A stretch of 63,769 nucleotides of DNA, counting the filler, from Choristocarpus tenellus KU-1152 (Eukaryota; Protista; Phaeophyceae), in the NCBI GenBank assembly GCA_964200185.2. It is 14 parts of 14 records of this genome, joined end to end, with 100 filler letters (N's around TTAATTAATTAA, not from the genome) between each part and the next. Parts side by side here need not be neighbours in the genome. Positions count along the whole stretch, not along the records: positions 1 to 3,576 come from CAXNAD020019155.1; positions 3,677 to 9,518 come from CAXNAD020009619.1; positions 9,619 to 12,212 come from CAXNAD020026446.1; positions 12,313 to 18,254 come from CAXNAD020009353.1; 10 more parts are not named here. One strand, given 5' to 3'. Below, piece after piece: positions 1 to 12,657 of the stretch. The notes beneath the pieces were generated by a model. The model saw only the letters and a list, made by a program, of their open reading frames with translations. It was not told where the DNA came from and did no database searches. Position 1 is the first letter of the stretch. Every line of letters begins with the position of its first letter. The position numbers were made by a program, and so were the translations under genes.

Positions 1-875
1 GTGCAGGTACACACCTTGCCCATCTTTGAGGATGTAAAACTACTCCTTGTCCACATGCACCCAGTCAGACAAAAAGATGATCCGAAATACCCCATTTCCC
101 ACCATCCTGCGCGTGTAGCTGGTGACAAAACCCAACTTTTTGACTTTCTACTGGTCTGAGAGGACTGGCTTTTAATTCACTGCCTAACCTTCTTCACTTT
201 CTCAAGTGTGTACAGATACCACAACGAGTCAAGGGAGACGCCAGCCAATTCCAGAAGGACGTATGGTGTACCAATGGGACATCCCAAGTGTCGAGGGTAC
301 TTTCATAGCGGTCACATCACCCCTTCCGACGTCATATAAGGTCCATGCATTCACCATGTGCAACCTCACTGTGATACTCCTTCAGATGACCCAACATGGT
401 GATTAGGGAAATTCCAAAAGTCCTGTATGACGGCTCCTGCCATCTCCCAGGGAACACGAATCTCACACCCTCTCACCTTTAGGCATTTCACCATCACACT
501 GCTAATTCGCTGAGGTGCTTGAGTCTGGACCCCAGACAGACTTCGGGGCTGAAGAATTGGGACCAACAAGCAACAGCAGGATGAGCAAGTCGCTTGAACA
601 ACAGGGGGTCAATGCTCTAAGCATCCCAATAAACACCTGCTTTGACAGTTACGACAGTTTCACAAGATTTTTGAATCCCGTCAAATGCGACTTGGTCGAC
701 TTCGCACTGGTGATCCTCCACAGTAATGGCAGCTCACCAACTCAAACTTTGGACACCTCCCAATCTGTAATAGAACTCAAGCCTTGTTAAGAGGACTCGC
801 TTACCACGTGGGTCTTTTGAGGGTGAGAACGGACCCTGAAAAAGTTATGCTACATTTAATTCCGAACAGAGGAAT
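1..875 (-). mobile_element. Plant-type mariner transposon remnant, 5' half with TIR
   Basis: Colinear with 5107-5869. The minus strand reads [20 protein letters not shown], containing the first catalytic D. The terminus reads TA|ATTCCTCTGTTCGGAATTAAATG on the minus strand at 877-850. Confidence 0.85.
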
Positions 876-1772
876 TACACAAAACTATCAAACTAGTGTG
901 TGTTACCATGCCGGACTTGCTGAAATAAAAGGCATGAGTGACAAAGCACACAGTATCAGCATGAACACATCAAATACGGGTGCAGTTTAGTGTACGATAT
1001 GGTATGGCTATGCATGGAAACGGTGGTACGGCTGTATCTATCTATACTACCAGCAGCAAATGCCATCGCGCTTATCACCATGTCCTCAAAAAGGACCAAA
1101 ATATAAAACACTGGTTAGAATCCCAGACCTGGAAGGGGGTTCTTGGGGATCTGTAGATTTGAAAATTCTACACACCTTGTATGTTAAGCGTTATGCACAA
1201 CAGGCAAGCCTGTACCAAACATTGTGCATCTCTAACTTCTGGGTTGTGATTGTGTAATGTACTTTTCCATGAACATGTGGAAGTTAGCGTTAACACTGGT
1301 TACATAATCACCACAGCTTGTTTCATTATGAACCCATGTGCTAGATAGCAGTGCAATCATCCACTCATCCCCCATGTCAAACACTCTCCCCTCCCCTGCC
1401 CAATCCAGCACAACGACAATCTCACTTCAGTGCCACACCTCACGCCGGTGACCTGCCAGTGTCAAAACAGCTTGTGCAACCACATCCTTAAGCGTGTCAA
1501 TCACATGTTGATAGCATATTTCCCCTCTCTCACTACGAGGACCAGAGAAAACCAACGCTAAACATGTCCACAGCATCATTGACCGTTCTTGCCCATGTAA
1601 GCAAATACACATTCCAAGCCACAACTCATCCTTCCCCCCTTTGCCTTGATGCTGCCCCCAGGAGGAGCATTCTAGGTGGAGCATTCTAGTCTTATGCAAG
1701 GGGGAAAGTGTCGAGTGCAAAGAATGTTGCACAGACAGTGGAAAATAGAGAGTGGAAAATCAATAAAATTCA

Positions 1773-2292
1773 TAGAGCTTCATTCATTCAGTCCGATAGC
1801 ATTGTTTGGGTCCTGGCTATGACTGCGAGCTGGTCCATGGCCTGGACATGCTGAAACAGTTGACCGCCATGGACCAGCCGTGCTAGAATATTGGACCCAG
1901 ACAGCCCTCTGTCGTTTCATGTTGAAACAGCTGACTGCCACGGATGGGCCTTGTCAGAACATTTTTTGGTACAAGACCATCCCGTGCAGTAACCAATTTG
2001 ACATAGCCGACGGCCATCAATAAAAAAAACTTGATCAGAACCACCTCGGTCAAAGTGTCTCACATTTATCCCAAATACATGTGGGAATTAATGGGTGGTT
2101 CATTCAATATATATATAAAAATATATATATATATCCTTTCAGACACCTCTTCTCATTGGAAAACGGGACCTGAGCAGGCTGGGCTAGCTCTAACACTTTG
2201 TCAGCTCAGTTCGGGCATGTGACAAACGTCATGATTGGTCTGGTCCACAGACTGATCCACTTGCATTTGCCTGGGCCCAATAAATAGCCCTG
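1773..2292. mobile_element. Possible degenerate hAT-like non-autonomous element
   Basis: Ends TAGAGCT...AGCCCTG, with subterminal direct repeats CATGYTGAAACAGYTGACYGCCAYGGA at ~1848 and ~1918. No convincing 8-bp TSD. Confidence 0.3.
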
Positions 2293-2989
2293 ACACATTC
2301 CTTACTTCAACCAATAACTAGCTTCCACCAAGACCAAGCTTCACCTCTTACTCAGCTGTCTTGCATGGCAGACAGCCTTCAACACTACAAAGGGAACTTG
2401 AGTCTGTGTCGAACACCCAAGATAGCTCTGCTCGCCTTGTATGCCCTCATACTCCCAACAATATTTATATATTTATATTTTTATATATTTATATTTATTT
2501 ATATTTATTATGTACCATAGAACACCATCGGTTCTATCTCTCTCTCTTTCTCTTTTTTCCTGGCGGCAGTCATCACTTCCAAGAACCCTTCAACACGTTT
2601 TGAGTTTAGACCTCAGCAACACCCATGCACTCTACAATCAGGTTGTCCAGAGAGGCCCACACATCATTTTGATGGTCGCCTTTGTCAGGCAGGATCATTT
2701 TGTTGTCAAATATAGGTTCCACTTCTCAGTCATCCCCGAGGCTGCCCACCAAGATACCACAGACTCCCTGCTTGACAGGAGTCTGACTGCATCTTGCTGA
2801 GCAATAACACACTGCCGAGTGATGTCCACTTCATTCCATACATTTTTGTGCTTGGTGATAAAGCATCACGGGTAAGTACTTCCCAGGTTCCTTTTGATGC
2901 ATATTCAGAGTTGTTAAGGTTGCCAAATCACAAGACCACTATCACATCACCGGTATCAAAAAGATACGATACATACCATAGATCCAATT

Positions 2990-3042
2990 GATAAGATAAG
3001 ATAAGATAAGATAAGATAAGATAAGATAAGATAAGATAAGAT
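2990..3042. repeat. (GATAA)n microsatellite
   Basis: About 10 perfect pentamer copies. Confidence 0.95.
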
Positions 3043-3120
3043 CGAATGCGTCAATACATCCCCTCTCTCATAACACCAGAATCATGTCGGGAGCCTCATT
3101 ATCTTTTTTTCGTGTCAGCA

Positions 3121-3162
3121 CCCTAACCCTAACCCTAACCCTAACCCTAACCCTAACCCTAA
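3121..3162. repeat. Interstitial telomere-type repeat (CCCTAA)7
   Basis: Seven perfect CCCTAA units, internal to the contig. Confidence 0.9.
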
Positions 3163-3454
3163 CCCCAGCCGATTGATCATGTAAGAACACCAACAAACAC
3201 ACCTTCCATCTCCAGTAGAAGTCGCCCAGCTCTCCCCCTTCGATAGAGAGTGTGCTGGTACCATCCGCAGTCCCAATTTTTGAATCACAGGAAGGACACG
3301 CTCATTAAGCGCATCTGTCCCCGTGGATGAAAACACAGTGTCCAGACACATCTGTTTCAAATCCTTTCCCTCTGCAACCTCAGTACCCAGCGTCTCTTGA
3401 AACTGTCAAGAGATTCATGTACAAAACATATGCATATACACACACGTATGTTTT

Positions 3455-3515
<61 letters not shown>

Positions 3516-3576
3516 ATTGAATGAAGTATGCAACATGGTACACCCAGGCAAGAGATGAGAGTTAGGATTAGGGTTG

Positions 3577-3676
3577 NNNNNNNNNNNNNNNNNNNNNNNN
3601 NNNNNNNNNNNNNNNNNNNNTTAATTAATTAANNNNNNNNNNNNNNNNNNNNNNNNNNNNNNNNNNNNNNNNNNNN
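3577..3676. other. Artificial contig linker N44-TTAATTAATTAA-N44 (first of 13)
   Basis: Identical 100-bp linkers at 3577, 9519, 12213, 18255, 22304, 24905, 27899, 35382, 40235, 45638, 51155, 57089 and 61159. The 12-mer puts stop codons in all six frames. A separate 10-N gap lies at 19732-19741. Confidence 0.98.
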
Positions 3677-3882
3677 CCCCTCCCAGATACTTTGGGTCTG
3701 GTGTCTTAGTGTCTCCTTGTATTTCCTCCACACCTTGCTCTGTTCTCCCTTAGAACCCCAATTCCCCAAACCTGAGCAAACATGAGTGTTGTTTTGTGCC
3801 CTTTCTACAATTGTCTGCAGTTTTGTTCTCTTAGGGTCCGACCTTGATGCCTCTTAACACACCCAAAGCCATGAATATATAC

Positions 3883-6719
3883 CTGAGTGGTGGAGGTTGC
3901 TGCGGTGCCTGGACCCTGTCCTGATCCCCCTCTGTTTCCACTCTTTTCAGAAGGATAGCGGTTACTTCCATTGTTTGCACCAGGAGTTCCTGTAGACTCT
4001 CTCCCTCCTCTGGTTTGCTTTCTCAACCTGGGAAAGTTGAATGTTGATTGTGTTTTCAAATTCGTTGAGGTAAGAAAGGTTGTCTAGGAGGCAAATAGTA
4101 GTTGAATTTACATACACAACAGAGAGGGAAGCGTAGGTTGTATATGATGTCACGATTGACACTTGAAAAATGTTCTGTTGTATATGCCATCTGTTGTTCT
4201 TGCTCAAAAACAGAAACAAGACTTCCTCTTTTTGGAATTAAGTATAACCTAACTTTTGCAGCCCCGATGGAGAAGCAAGACACACATACTATATAGGTGT
4301 ATTGTGTAGACACTAAAAGGTTGCCCACCAAAATCTCAACCAAAATGTGACAGCCTACACCTATCTATAATTGTACTCCCAAAGCCCTCCAAGACTCTAT
4401 TCCAACATAGTATTTTGCCACATCCAGCAGAGTGTTCGGGGGGAGCTTGCCCGCCTTCTCAGCCTTTTCCTTGCTAAGGTGGGGAATTTTGGAGATGTTG
4501 TCAACCTTGGACCCCAGCACTTCACCGTAGACTGTGAAGGAGCTCTGCCAGACACGCTCTTGAGTCTCCCAGGGGTCACAATGAAAACCTCCATTGTGAC
4601 CTCCACCAGCTCCTCTGTGTTGTTCACCCCCACGACTCCCTTCAGTTACTGGATGGAACGAAAGAATCCCAGGTCATTAATATTGAGGTCAGGTGAGTTG
4701 GCTGCCTGGGTCTATATGACAATTTCGTCCCCTGCAACCTCCTCGATTGCCTCCATGATCCTCCCCTTGGTGTATGTCTTTGCCCCATCCTGCTGCATGA
4801 AGATGGTGTGTCCTTCCAGTCTAGGCATGTGGGCCTTGATTGCCGGGATGATATCCTCAACGATGAGCTTATTTTACCTCTCCCAGTCCACTGTGGCTGG
4901 CACAAGCACCTTGGTGCCCTTGGGGTGGTGTTAGCTGGAATGCTGAGCGAAATTAGAGTCCACGATTGATCAGATCCCGATTTTTCCATCGAACCACACC
5001 CATTGGAGAGGTAGGTACCTAGGGCGGGACACAGCTGCAAGGAACATCATCTTCGTAACGTGATGCTTATTCTGTGCCATTAGGGGTTTGGGGGGTCCTC
5101 AGTGAGGTGCAGTTACACTCCTTGCCCATCTTTGAGGATGTGAAACCACTTCTCACCCACATGTACCCAGTCAAAATAGATCGTCCACTAATACTTCCCT
5201 TTCCCCTCTCCTGTGTGTGTGACTGAAGATGAAACTCACTCTGTTGACTTTCTGCTGGTCTGAGAGCACTGGTTTTATCCACAGCTCAACCTTCTTCACC
5301 TTTTAGTGCTTTCACAGATCTCACAATGAGGCAAGGGAGACCTCAGTTTTGGGTACCCATTTGTAGAAGGATGTGTGGTGTGCCAATGGGACATCCCAAA
5401 CGTCAAGGATATATGTACAGCAGCCAAATCACTCCTTGCAACGTCGTACAAGATTCATGCATTCGCCCTGTGTGATCTGACTGTCATACCCTTCAGATGG
5501 CGGAACATGACGATTTGGGAAATTCTTAAGTCCTCCGCGATGGTTGCCACTGTCCCCTGCGGCATTGGAGTCTCGCACCCCACTCGCCTCCAGACATTGC
5601 GCCACCATGCTGTTCTTCATTGGGGTGTTTGAGTCCTGACCCCAGACAGACTTCAGGGTCAAAAAATTGGGACTGAGGTTTTTGAACCCCGTCAAATGTG
5701 ACTAGGTCGACTTTACACTGGCGATTCTCCACAGTCATGACAACCCTCCATCTCAAACTTTGCACGCCTCACAATCTATGTGAGAAATAAGCCTTACCCA
5801 GAGTAGGTAATTCCCATGCGAGAACAGAGTTGCAAAAGTTAAGTTACATTTAATTTCGAACGGAGGAAATACCTAACGAGTTGTTCTCTATAACACGTCT
5901 TAAAGGGCATGACATCATCACCTTCGAATCCTGCACCACAAGGGAAAGAATTATGCTATTTTTCGCCAGTATTGAATAAAGAATGCCTCCATACAAATAG
6001 GCGACGGGAAAAAAATGAGATTTGATCACAAGTTAAGTGCAATGTATTGCCATGTGATGTTTTCAGTGCGAACCACACCTATTGAGGGCTTCGTTCTGCT
6101 GTCTCCTTCGTTCATCGTAGGCAGTCCTCTTCTGTGCATCCATGAGAACATCCTACCGTATAAAGGCAATGGAATGGATTGCATTGTGCAGTGCCATGCA
6201 TACGAAAGCCAAAGTTCAGAGATTGTGAGAGGAAGTATGGTTGTGCAAGATAGAAACATTTGCCACGGTGGTGTATGATGATGGGGGAGTGGAATGCTAA
6301 CTTGCAATCAAACATCTAGGCTAGAGTAGGAGAAAGTGTAGGAGGAAAGGAGCAACAAACTAGGAGAAGAAATAGTGTACTCTGGAGTACTTGATAGGCC
6401 CTCAGATGTGTTGCTTGTAGTTGGTAATCATAGACAAAAGAGGGTTAAGCTATATCATCATGGCAACCCCAAATGTATGATGGTATTGTTAATTGGAGGT
6501 GAATGAAAGAATCCTCACATGTGCCCCTTGAAGTATCTGAAACAGTGTCGAGGTGGCCTTGTTCTTATCTGGGTGGTACTTGAGAGCCAGCCTCCTATAT
6601 ATTTTCTTAATCTCCGGTTCACCAACCTCCGGATCCACCCCCAGAGTCATGTATGGGTCCTCCGTTAGTCGGCGCATTGCTGCCGCCAAGGGCTGCGCAC
6701 AATTCTTCCCACCTGTACC
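3883..6719 (-). CDS. DnaJ/Hsp40 J-domain protein, partial and spliced (exons ~6719-6519, 6152-6079, 4027-3883)
   Basis: Spliced translation [48 protein letters not shown]|[25 protein letters not shown]|LRKQTRGG... is a complete J domain with HPD. Junctions are GT-AG with matching phases. Confidence 0.9.
4222..5869 (-). mobile_element. Full-length but inactivated plant-type mariner (ITm) transposon inside the DnaJ intron
   Basis: Motifs WVHV(G)[33 protein letters not shown] and [21 protein letters not shown], with several stops and frameshifts. Degenerate TIRs at 4222-4260 and 5831-5869; the right end reads TA|TTTCCTCCGTTCGAAATTAAATG, which is Stowaway-like. Confidence 0.92.
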
Positions 6720-7744
6720 CTGTATGAGTTTCCGAGACGCATCAAATTATTTTTTGTACATGGTGAGTGTTGCACTCCCCAACATGAAGTTATCATACAG
6801 AAAGGGAGATAGAAAAAATGAGTAAGTTTTATTGTCTTTTGATCAGAACAAGGGGTGCGCAGGACGAGATAAAGATGTTACGTTCGCATTGAATTGATCA
6901 AATACAACCTGACCTCAACTCTGTACATACTAGAGGGTGGTGCATTCGCAACTGCTCAGGCGACCAGTTAGTTGCTATTGTTGCTTCGTTTCCATTAAAT
7001 ACAGTCGTCACCCAAGAGTGATGTTCCAGTGCGGGGGAACAATATATCCATTTGGCAAGTCATGGAAGTTTGGAATAGGTCCTCATTGGTTGTCTAGAGT
7101 CAATGGATGGGAAAAAGTTCTTGAAGAGGTTTGAGTGCGAAGCATATAATGAATCAAGTTGCACCATAGTAACCTTATTCCTTTCCCCGACATTGTATTC
7201 CTTTTCCATTGGTAGTACAATCTATCATGTGAGCTAGAGGTATATACAATACACAATTGATACTAAGAATGGTACGAAGTAATGGTTTCGCCTTGACTTC
7301 CAATTAATTGCCCGATGACCTCTAGAACAAAATGAGGTCCGAGACTTATGCCTTCCTTTGCGAACCTGAGCGTTTTGATACTCGAGTTTGGCCTCCAAAA
7401 GGATGGCGACTCCTTCACGAACGCCATCACCACCTCTTTGAATAGACAGAGTAGCTTCGGATAACCTATTTGGGAATACCAACTCTACCAACATCCCTCC
7501 ACCTACTAATTGTCACAGGGATAATTTGTATCTCGTTCTACAAAACTCGATCGTAAGTCTAGAAAGATGTAAACCTGAATTAGCCACCTAACCAGATCAT
7601 TTTTTTGTACGAACATCGATCCATGTTATACGTAGTTATGCTAAGTGTGAGCGATGAAACCGCTGGAAAACCGCCACATGGCAGAACGCCTACCTCAGGT
7701 TTGAATTATTCCTCCATATAAGTAAACAAGTAGGAACTACACGA

Positions 7745-9053
7745 ATGTTTCAAAACAAGAAGAATGTTGATGCGGAGCCGTCAATGTCTCCGTCCTTTTC
7801 GAACCTTTGGTTGTTTGTAGTAAACATGTCTGCATCCGTAACTCCCATCATGCTTATTGCAGCGACAGTGTCCACGTTATTGGTGCACTCAGGTGTGGGT
7901 CTCGCTGGTGGGGCTGGGACCACAATCGCATTATTCCTCTTCGCCGACTTCATCGTGTACAGGTAATATACTCTGTGTTCAATTTTGAGGGAAGGAGAGG
8001 TTGATACCTGAGAGCTGAAGTAGGTGGTCGGCGATAGCTTTATGCTTATGTACTATCATCTGACGACCTTGCGTGAACTAGATTTGAGTAAGGTGTACAT
8101 TGCATCCATGATTTGCCAGGGTCTGTCAACGGAGTCGGTTGGAGGGAGTCTGATTAGCTGTTTTCGACCTATTCCTCGATATGCAGGGGATAACGAGTCT
8201 TTCCTGTAGGTAGCCCTTAATGAAACATAATGTTAATGACCAGATTTACAATGAGGTTCCTTGTGCTTACCGATTCTTTGGTTTGTGCGCTCTGTCAGGT
8301 TAAGTGGCCCCGAAGATTCATCTCTAGCCCTTGAGGGTGTTTTTTCTTCAACCAAGAGATCAGCAGACTTGTCGGAAATATGTGATGCTGTCGATATTCC
8401 GGTGGACCCTATGTTGAACTCACCAACCGTCGGTGGGATGGATGGGACGACAGCAACACCAACAACGGGTTACGAAGATGATGTAATGGCAAGGGGTCTT
8501 GGGATGGCACCTCCATCTAAGGCCACCTCCACAGATGTTTTAGATCCCCCAAGAGCTTTGCCCAACCAGGACTCCAACATTGAAGTTTCTGCTGATGCCA
8601 GGTTTGCCCCAGGAGGAGGGGCTGGAAATTCACCAATGCCACCAACCCCACAAGGCCTAAGGTGGGCAAAATGACTGGCATTTCGCAAAGTATGGAACAC
8701 TTTGTTCAACCAGTTAGGTCTAAATAATGGTAAAATGACATCCCACAGCGAACACAGTAGTTGGAAGGAAATAACAAGGGGAGGGTGGAGATGTATCTGG
8801 TGGTAAGTCTGGGTGAAGATGCAGCCGAGTAGACCAGCGTCCCATGACACGCCTTCCATAATGCTATTGTATATAATACAGAGTAAGCACTGTTGCAGCT
8901 ACCGTGTACCCCCATTACTGTATTGGATACAAGTGCCAGAGTCCTGATCAGATGGGGAATGGTCTTGTGCTGGCACCTTCGACCCGCTTACTCCATCTTG
9001 TGTCTGTTATGTTCCTGGATATCCCTAGGCCCTCAACATTTATAGCACTGTGA
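7745..9053 (+). CDS. Unknown protein with N-terminal hydrophobic segments (exons 7745-7962, 8299-8661, possibly 8882-9053)
   Basis: The phase-2 junction AG|GTAATA...TGTCAG|G joins ...IALFLFADFIVYR to LSGPEDSS... in frame. The third exon is tentative. No family recognised. Confidence 0.5.
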
Positions 9054-9619
9054 CCTATGCCCTCAGATGCATATTCAGAAGTTGATGATTTTACACACAC
9101 ACACACACTTGCATATGCTTGCGTGTTTACATCAAATGTACACATTTCTGTGTTGCTGATGTACACATGGCTCATTTGCCCCTCCTCCCCACAAAAGTCA
9201 TGTACCACACGATAGACTTAACAAGAGAACGTAAAGAATCAACTGTGTAACCTTCCATCATCTCCACCACTATCACAAAAAGAGGAAGTTCACTCTGAGT
9301 AGGTTGGTTTCTTCACCTTCCACATTGTCCTTGGTTCTGCTTTCAGCCTTTGAGGTACTCCTACTACCCGTAGACCACACACTAACAAGTCCTACATGTA
9401 TATACTTGATAGAACCATTTTCTCCCCCCCCCCTCCCCCCCCCTTTTTTTTTTCCCTATTCATGCACCCAAAAGCCCGCGAGCGAGGGGGAGGAATGTGG
9501 CGCCAACAACCCACACCCNNNNNNNNNNNNNNNNNNNNNNNNNNNNNNNNNNNNNNNNNNNNTTAATTAATTAANNNNNNNNNNNNNNNNNNNNNNNNNN
9601 NNNNNNNNNNNNNNNNNNG

Positions 9620-12130
9620 TACTTACTTGATGGTGTTTGGGATGTACATGGAGGGAGTGCCCAAGACAAATTTGAGGTGTGCTTGCGACAATGGGATGTT
9701 TTTTTGTGTGTTTTGAAGAGCTATCACACTTGCTGAATTGCGCTTTAAAATATCGTCAGTCTCGTAATTGTGGTGTGCATCAATGTATCCTAATCATAGC
9801 ACTTTGATTTGAGTATCTAAATGGGGTAATACCTTGTTCCATGCTGGAGTAGTGGCTTCTCTCCCTAGCCTCCTCCCTTACCCTCATCCTACAATGAAGC
9901 TGACACGTTCAATCTATTTCTCCCACCCACACCTGTCCCTCTTTTTTGAAGAGTAGAACACAATGTGTTACTGATATTCCCACTCATCTTGTGTCGATCA
10001 AGTGACTTAATATTACAAAGCGCTATCAACATATTTGGGGATTAGGACATTTTCCAAGTTAAAACTTCCAGTTACAGTATGATCCAAGAGTTTGCTGCAG
10101 ATCCCAATGGGCTTCGGCTCCCATTGCATTTAGCCTTTCACAAGTATACAACCAAGACAAGGCGCTCATTTCTTTCTCCTTCCCACCCTCCACTCCACAC
10201 TGGTCAACCAACCTCATCCCTCATACCATGCAATAGAGGCATCAATGATGGTAGCAACGCTGATCTTGGTAATGGCAGCTTTTGCACACAGGGCCAGAAC
10301 TCAAGCCAGCACCGAATACAACCTCCAAACAGCAGCCTTGGTACATCACCTACCTTTGCCACTTCCATGTCAGCTGCAGCTTGGGGAGTTGGGGGTGGTG
10401 CAGACTCTGCCCCCTCTGTCAAGGGAGCTTTAGCCGAGGGTGACTCTGGCAGGGCCACCCCCCAGCCCCATCCACCACTGACACCACTGACCCGATCTGA
10501 GCTCTCATATGGTGACTTGGAAAACACCAATGCAAAGTTTCCGACTGCTGAGTCTGGGGAGAGGTTCAGACTGTTGGAGCAGGGGTCAGTTTCAGGACTG
10601 GGGGCATTGGGCAGGGGCTGGAGTGTGGGTGCAGGTGGAGGTGGAGGTGGTGGGGGGACAGCAGGTGGTGGTCAGGGGGAGGATGGAGGAAGAGAAACCT
10701 TGTCAAAGTGGCAGCAAGTAGTGAGTATCTTCAGGAGTTCGAGATCTTCAGTGTGGTTTGTGTGTGGAATGGGGAAAGTTTTTTTTGTGAGCTTATGTCT
10801 CAACAGATGGCCTGATCCTTAGTCGTTAGTGTTTAATGCCGTTGTGTACATACCTCTTGGTCAGGTGCTTTTTTCGTGGGCCAATGGACCTTTCAGGACA
10901 TTTTAAGGAAATCGCCGTTGGTCACGTGAAAGAGATCATGCAAAAAAGTTTCCCCGTACCCATTTTAATGGATTGCGTCTTCTTATTCTTATTCTTATTC
11001 TTATTATTATTATTCTTGGTGGGGGGATGTTTTGATGATGTAGGGTCAAGTTTGAGCTGAGTGACTGGGGTTGCAATGATCACTGCTCTAATTTCTATCT
11101 GTCTTATTTCTTCTTTTGCTGGTCTAGTCAAAAGAAAAATGTACCTCTGTAAAATACCAAGTTTGAACTTGGGGAGGAAAATTGTGCCGTTTCTGCAACC
11201 CGGTGAAGATGAGGTGGGTGAAACATGTTTGTAAAATTATGTTGGGTAGGGATGGTATGGTGGACGTGCCCGCTGTGGTGGAACAGTTGCAACTGAAAAT
11301 GGGATTACTCATCCTTTTTCTTGGCCTACTTACTCCCCTGCCCCCATCCCATTACACCACTTCAATCCTGGGTATACAAAATAGCACTCCACACAAGCAA
11401 CGGTCCTCATTGAAGTCACTCATAATCTTCAGAATATACCCATTGTTGCTTTATGTCCTTGTAAGGCTCGGCGGCGAGGAATGTTCTGTGTCATTCAAGT
11501 ATCATCCCATCATCAATCCCTCAACATGTACAACTTCAGTCCTGCACTGGTGGACAAGTTCCGGGAGTCTTTCCTGAACATACTATCCTTCCGTGCTAGG
11601 TATGTTCAATTTTCAATTCTCACACAGACATTTCTTCCCCCCTATCCCCCTACCCCTTCCCTTTAAAGTGTATGCCCACTATATTGATATGCTCATCCTG
11701 CTTTGAGTCGAAGTAGATGAGAGATACCCCAGGGTTGCTGAAGAATACCCGTGAAAAATTTGACTCTTGTGAAAAAAAATTGCTTGTAAGAATTTTTCTG
11801 AATTCTTTAAGATAAAAATTCGAACAGTAGAGAAATTAACACTCTTAAGTCAATGTTAGCACTTCATCCATAATAATATGAATGAATTGCAAAGACAAAA
11901 AAAAAAATGAGTACCTCTCATATATTTTGACTCTTGATCAGAACCAGTCACCTTTGTCAACTGCACCCTTGCCCTGTTGCTCAATATGGCAGGTTCCAGA
12001 GGATGGCTCTAAATGCAATTATTTACCAAAAGCTTGGGCTCATGTGGCATGCTCCCCTAGTGTGTCAATGGGTTTCTACTGATGACATATCTGAGAGTCC
12101 GTACCCCAGCAAGAAGCCTCATGCGTCAAA
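9620..12130 (+). CDS. SZT2: SZT2 (KICSTOR subunit)-like protein, internal exons 9620-9676, 10046-10720, 11466-11599, 11993-12130
   Basis: Phase-consistent splicing gives ...KWQQV|ARRRGMFCVIQVSSHHQSLNMYNFSPALVDKFRESFLNILSFRAR|FQRMALNAIIYQKLGLMWHAP. This resembles, from memory, the animal SZT2 block RQR..LLEV..KKLQLLTYNWAP...LVQW...LLSQKLGLFHH. Confidence 0.65.
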
Positions 12131-12319
12131 GTGAGACCCCCCCCCCCTGTTCATCCTGAAAATAATAATAAAAATAATAACAATAATGCTACCCTTTGTT
12201 GTGTATATCCTTNNNNNNNNNNNNNNNNNNNNNNNNNNNNNNNNNNNNNNNNNNNNTTAATTAATTAANNNNNNNNNNNNNNNNNNNNNNNNNNNNNNNN
12301 NNNNNNNNNNNNGACTCAC

Positions 12320-12657
12320 CGTTGACCGTGCTTTGCTGGGGGGGGGGGGGGGGGGGGGGGGTTGGCACATGCAAACTGCACAACTCGTAGTTCTCCATGG
12401 TGTTGAAGATTCTCATGCTGTGCTCTCACTTCGATTGATTTGAGTACACTGAAAGCATTTACCCCAAGTCGATCAACACCCATAAATTATTTCGATTCAC
12501 AGCACTGTTCGTTTCTCTTTCTTTCTCAAACACCCACCTTCTCAGGACTTTGACCTTGCGCCCACTTTGCTCCTCTGCATACCCTTGCATCCGTCCCGGG
12601 TCCATCTTTAACTGCCTTTGCAGGAACACGTGATCGCCAATGCAGAAGGCATCCGAC
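12320..12657 (-). CDS. Exons of an unknown minus-strand gene (~12657-12538, ~12449-12320; further candidate exons up to ~14845)
   Basis: Donors AG|GTGGGT and G|GTGAGT and acceptor TTTCAG. Open frames SDAFCIGDHVFLQRQLKMDPGR... and SVLKSIEVRAQHENLQHH...; no family recognised. Confidence 0.35.

Noticed and set aside
2570-2641. TPR-like exon (VLSLDLSNTHALYNQ)
   Set aside because: Too short, with no phase-consistent neighbouring exons found.
3621-3632. Recurrent TTAATTAATTAA motif as a regulatory or recombination site
   Set aside because: It is always centred in 44+44 Ns, so it is an artificial linker. ORFs ending in X..LIN are artefacts.
4371-4934. 187-aa plus-strand ORF as a gene
   Set aside because: It is the antisense shadow of the mariner transposase. 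The same applies to the plus-strand ORFs over the copia pol.
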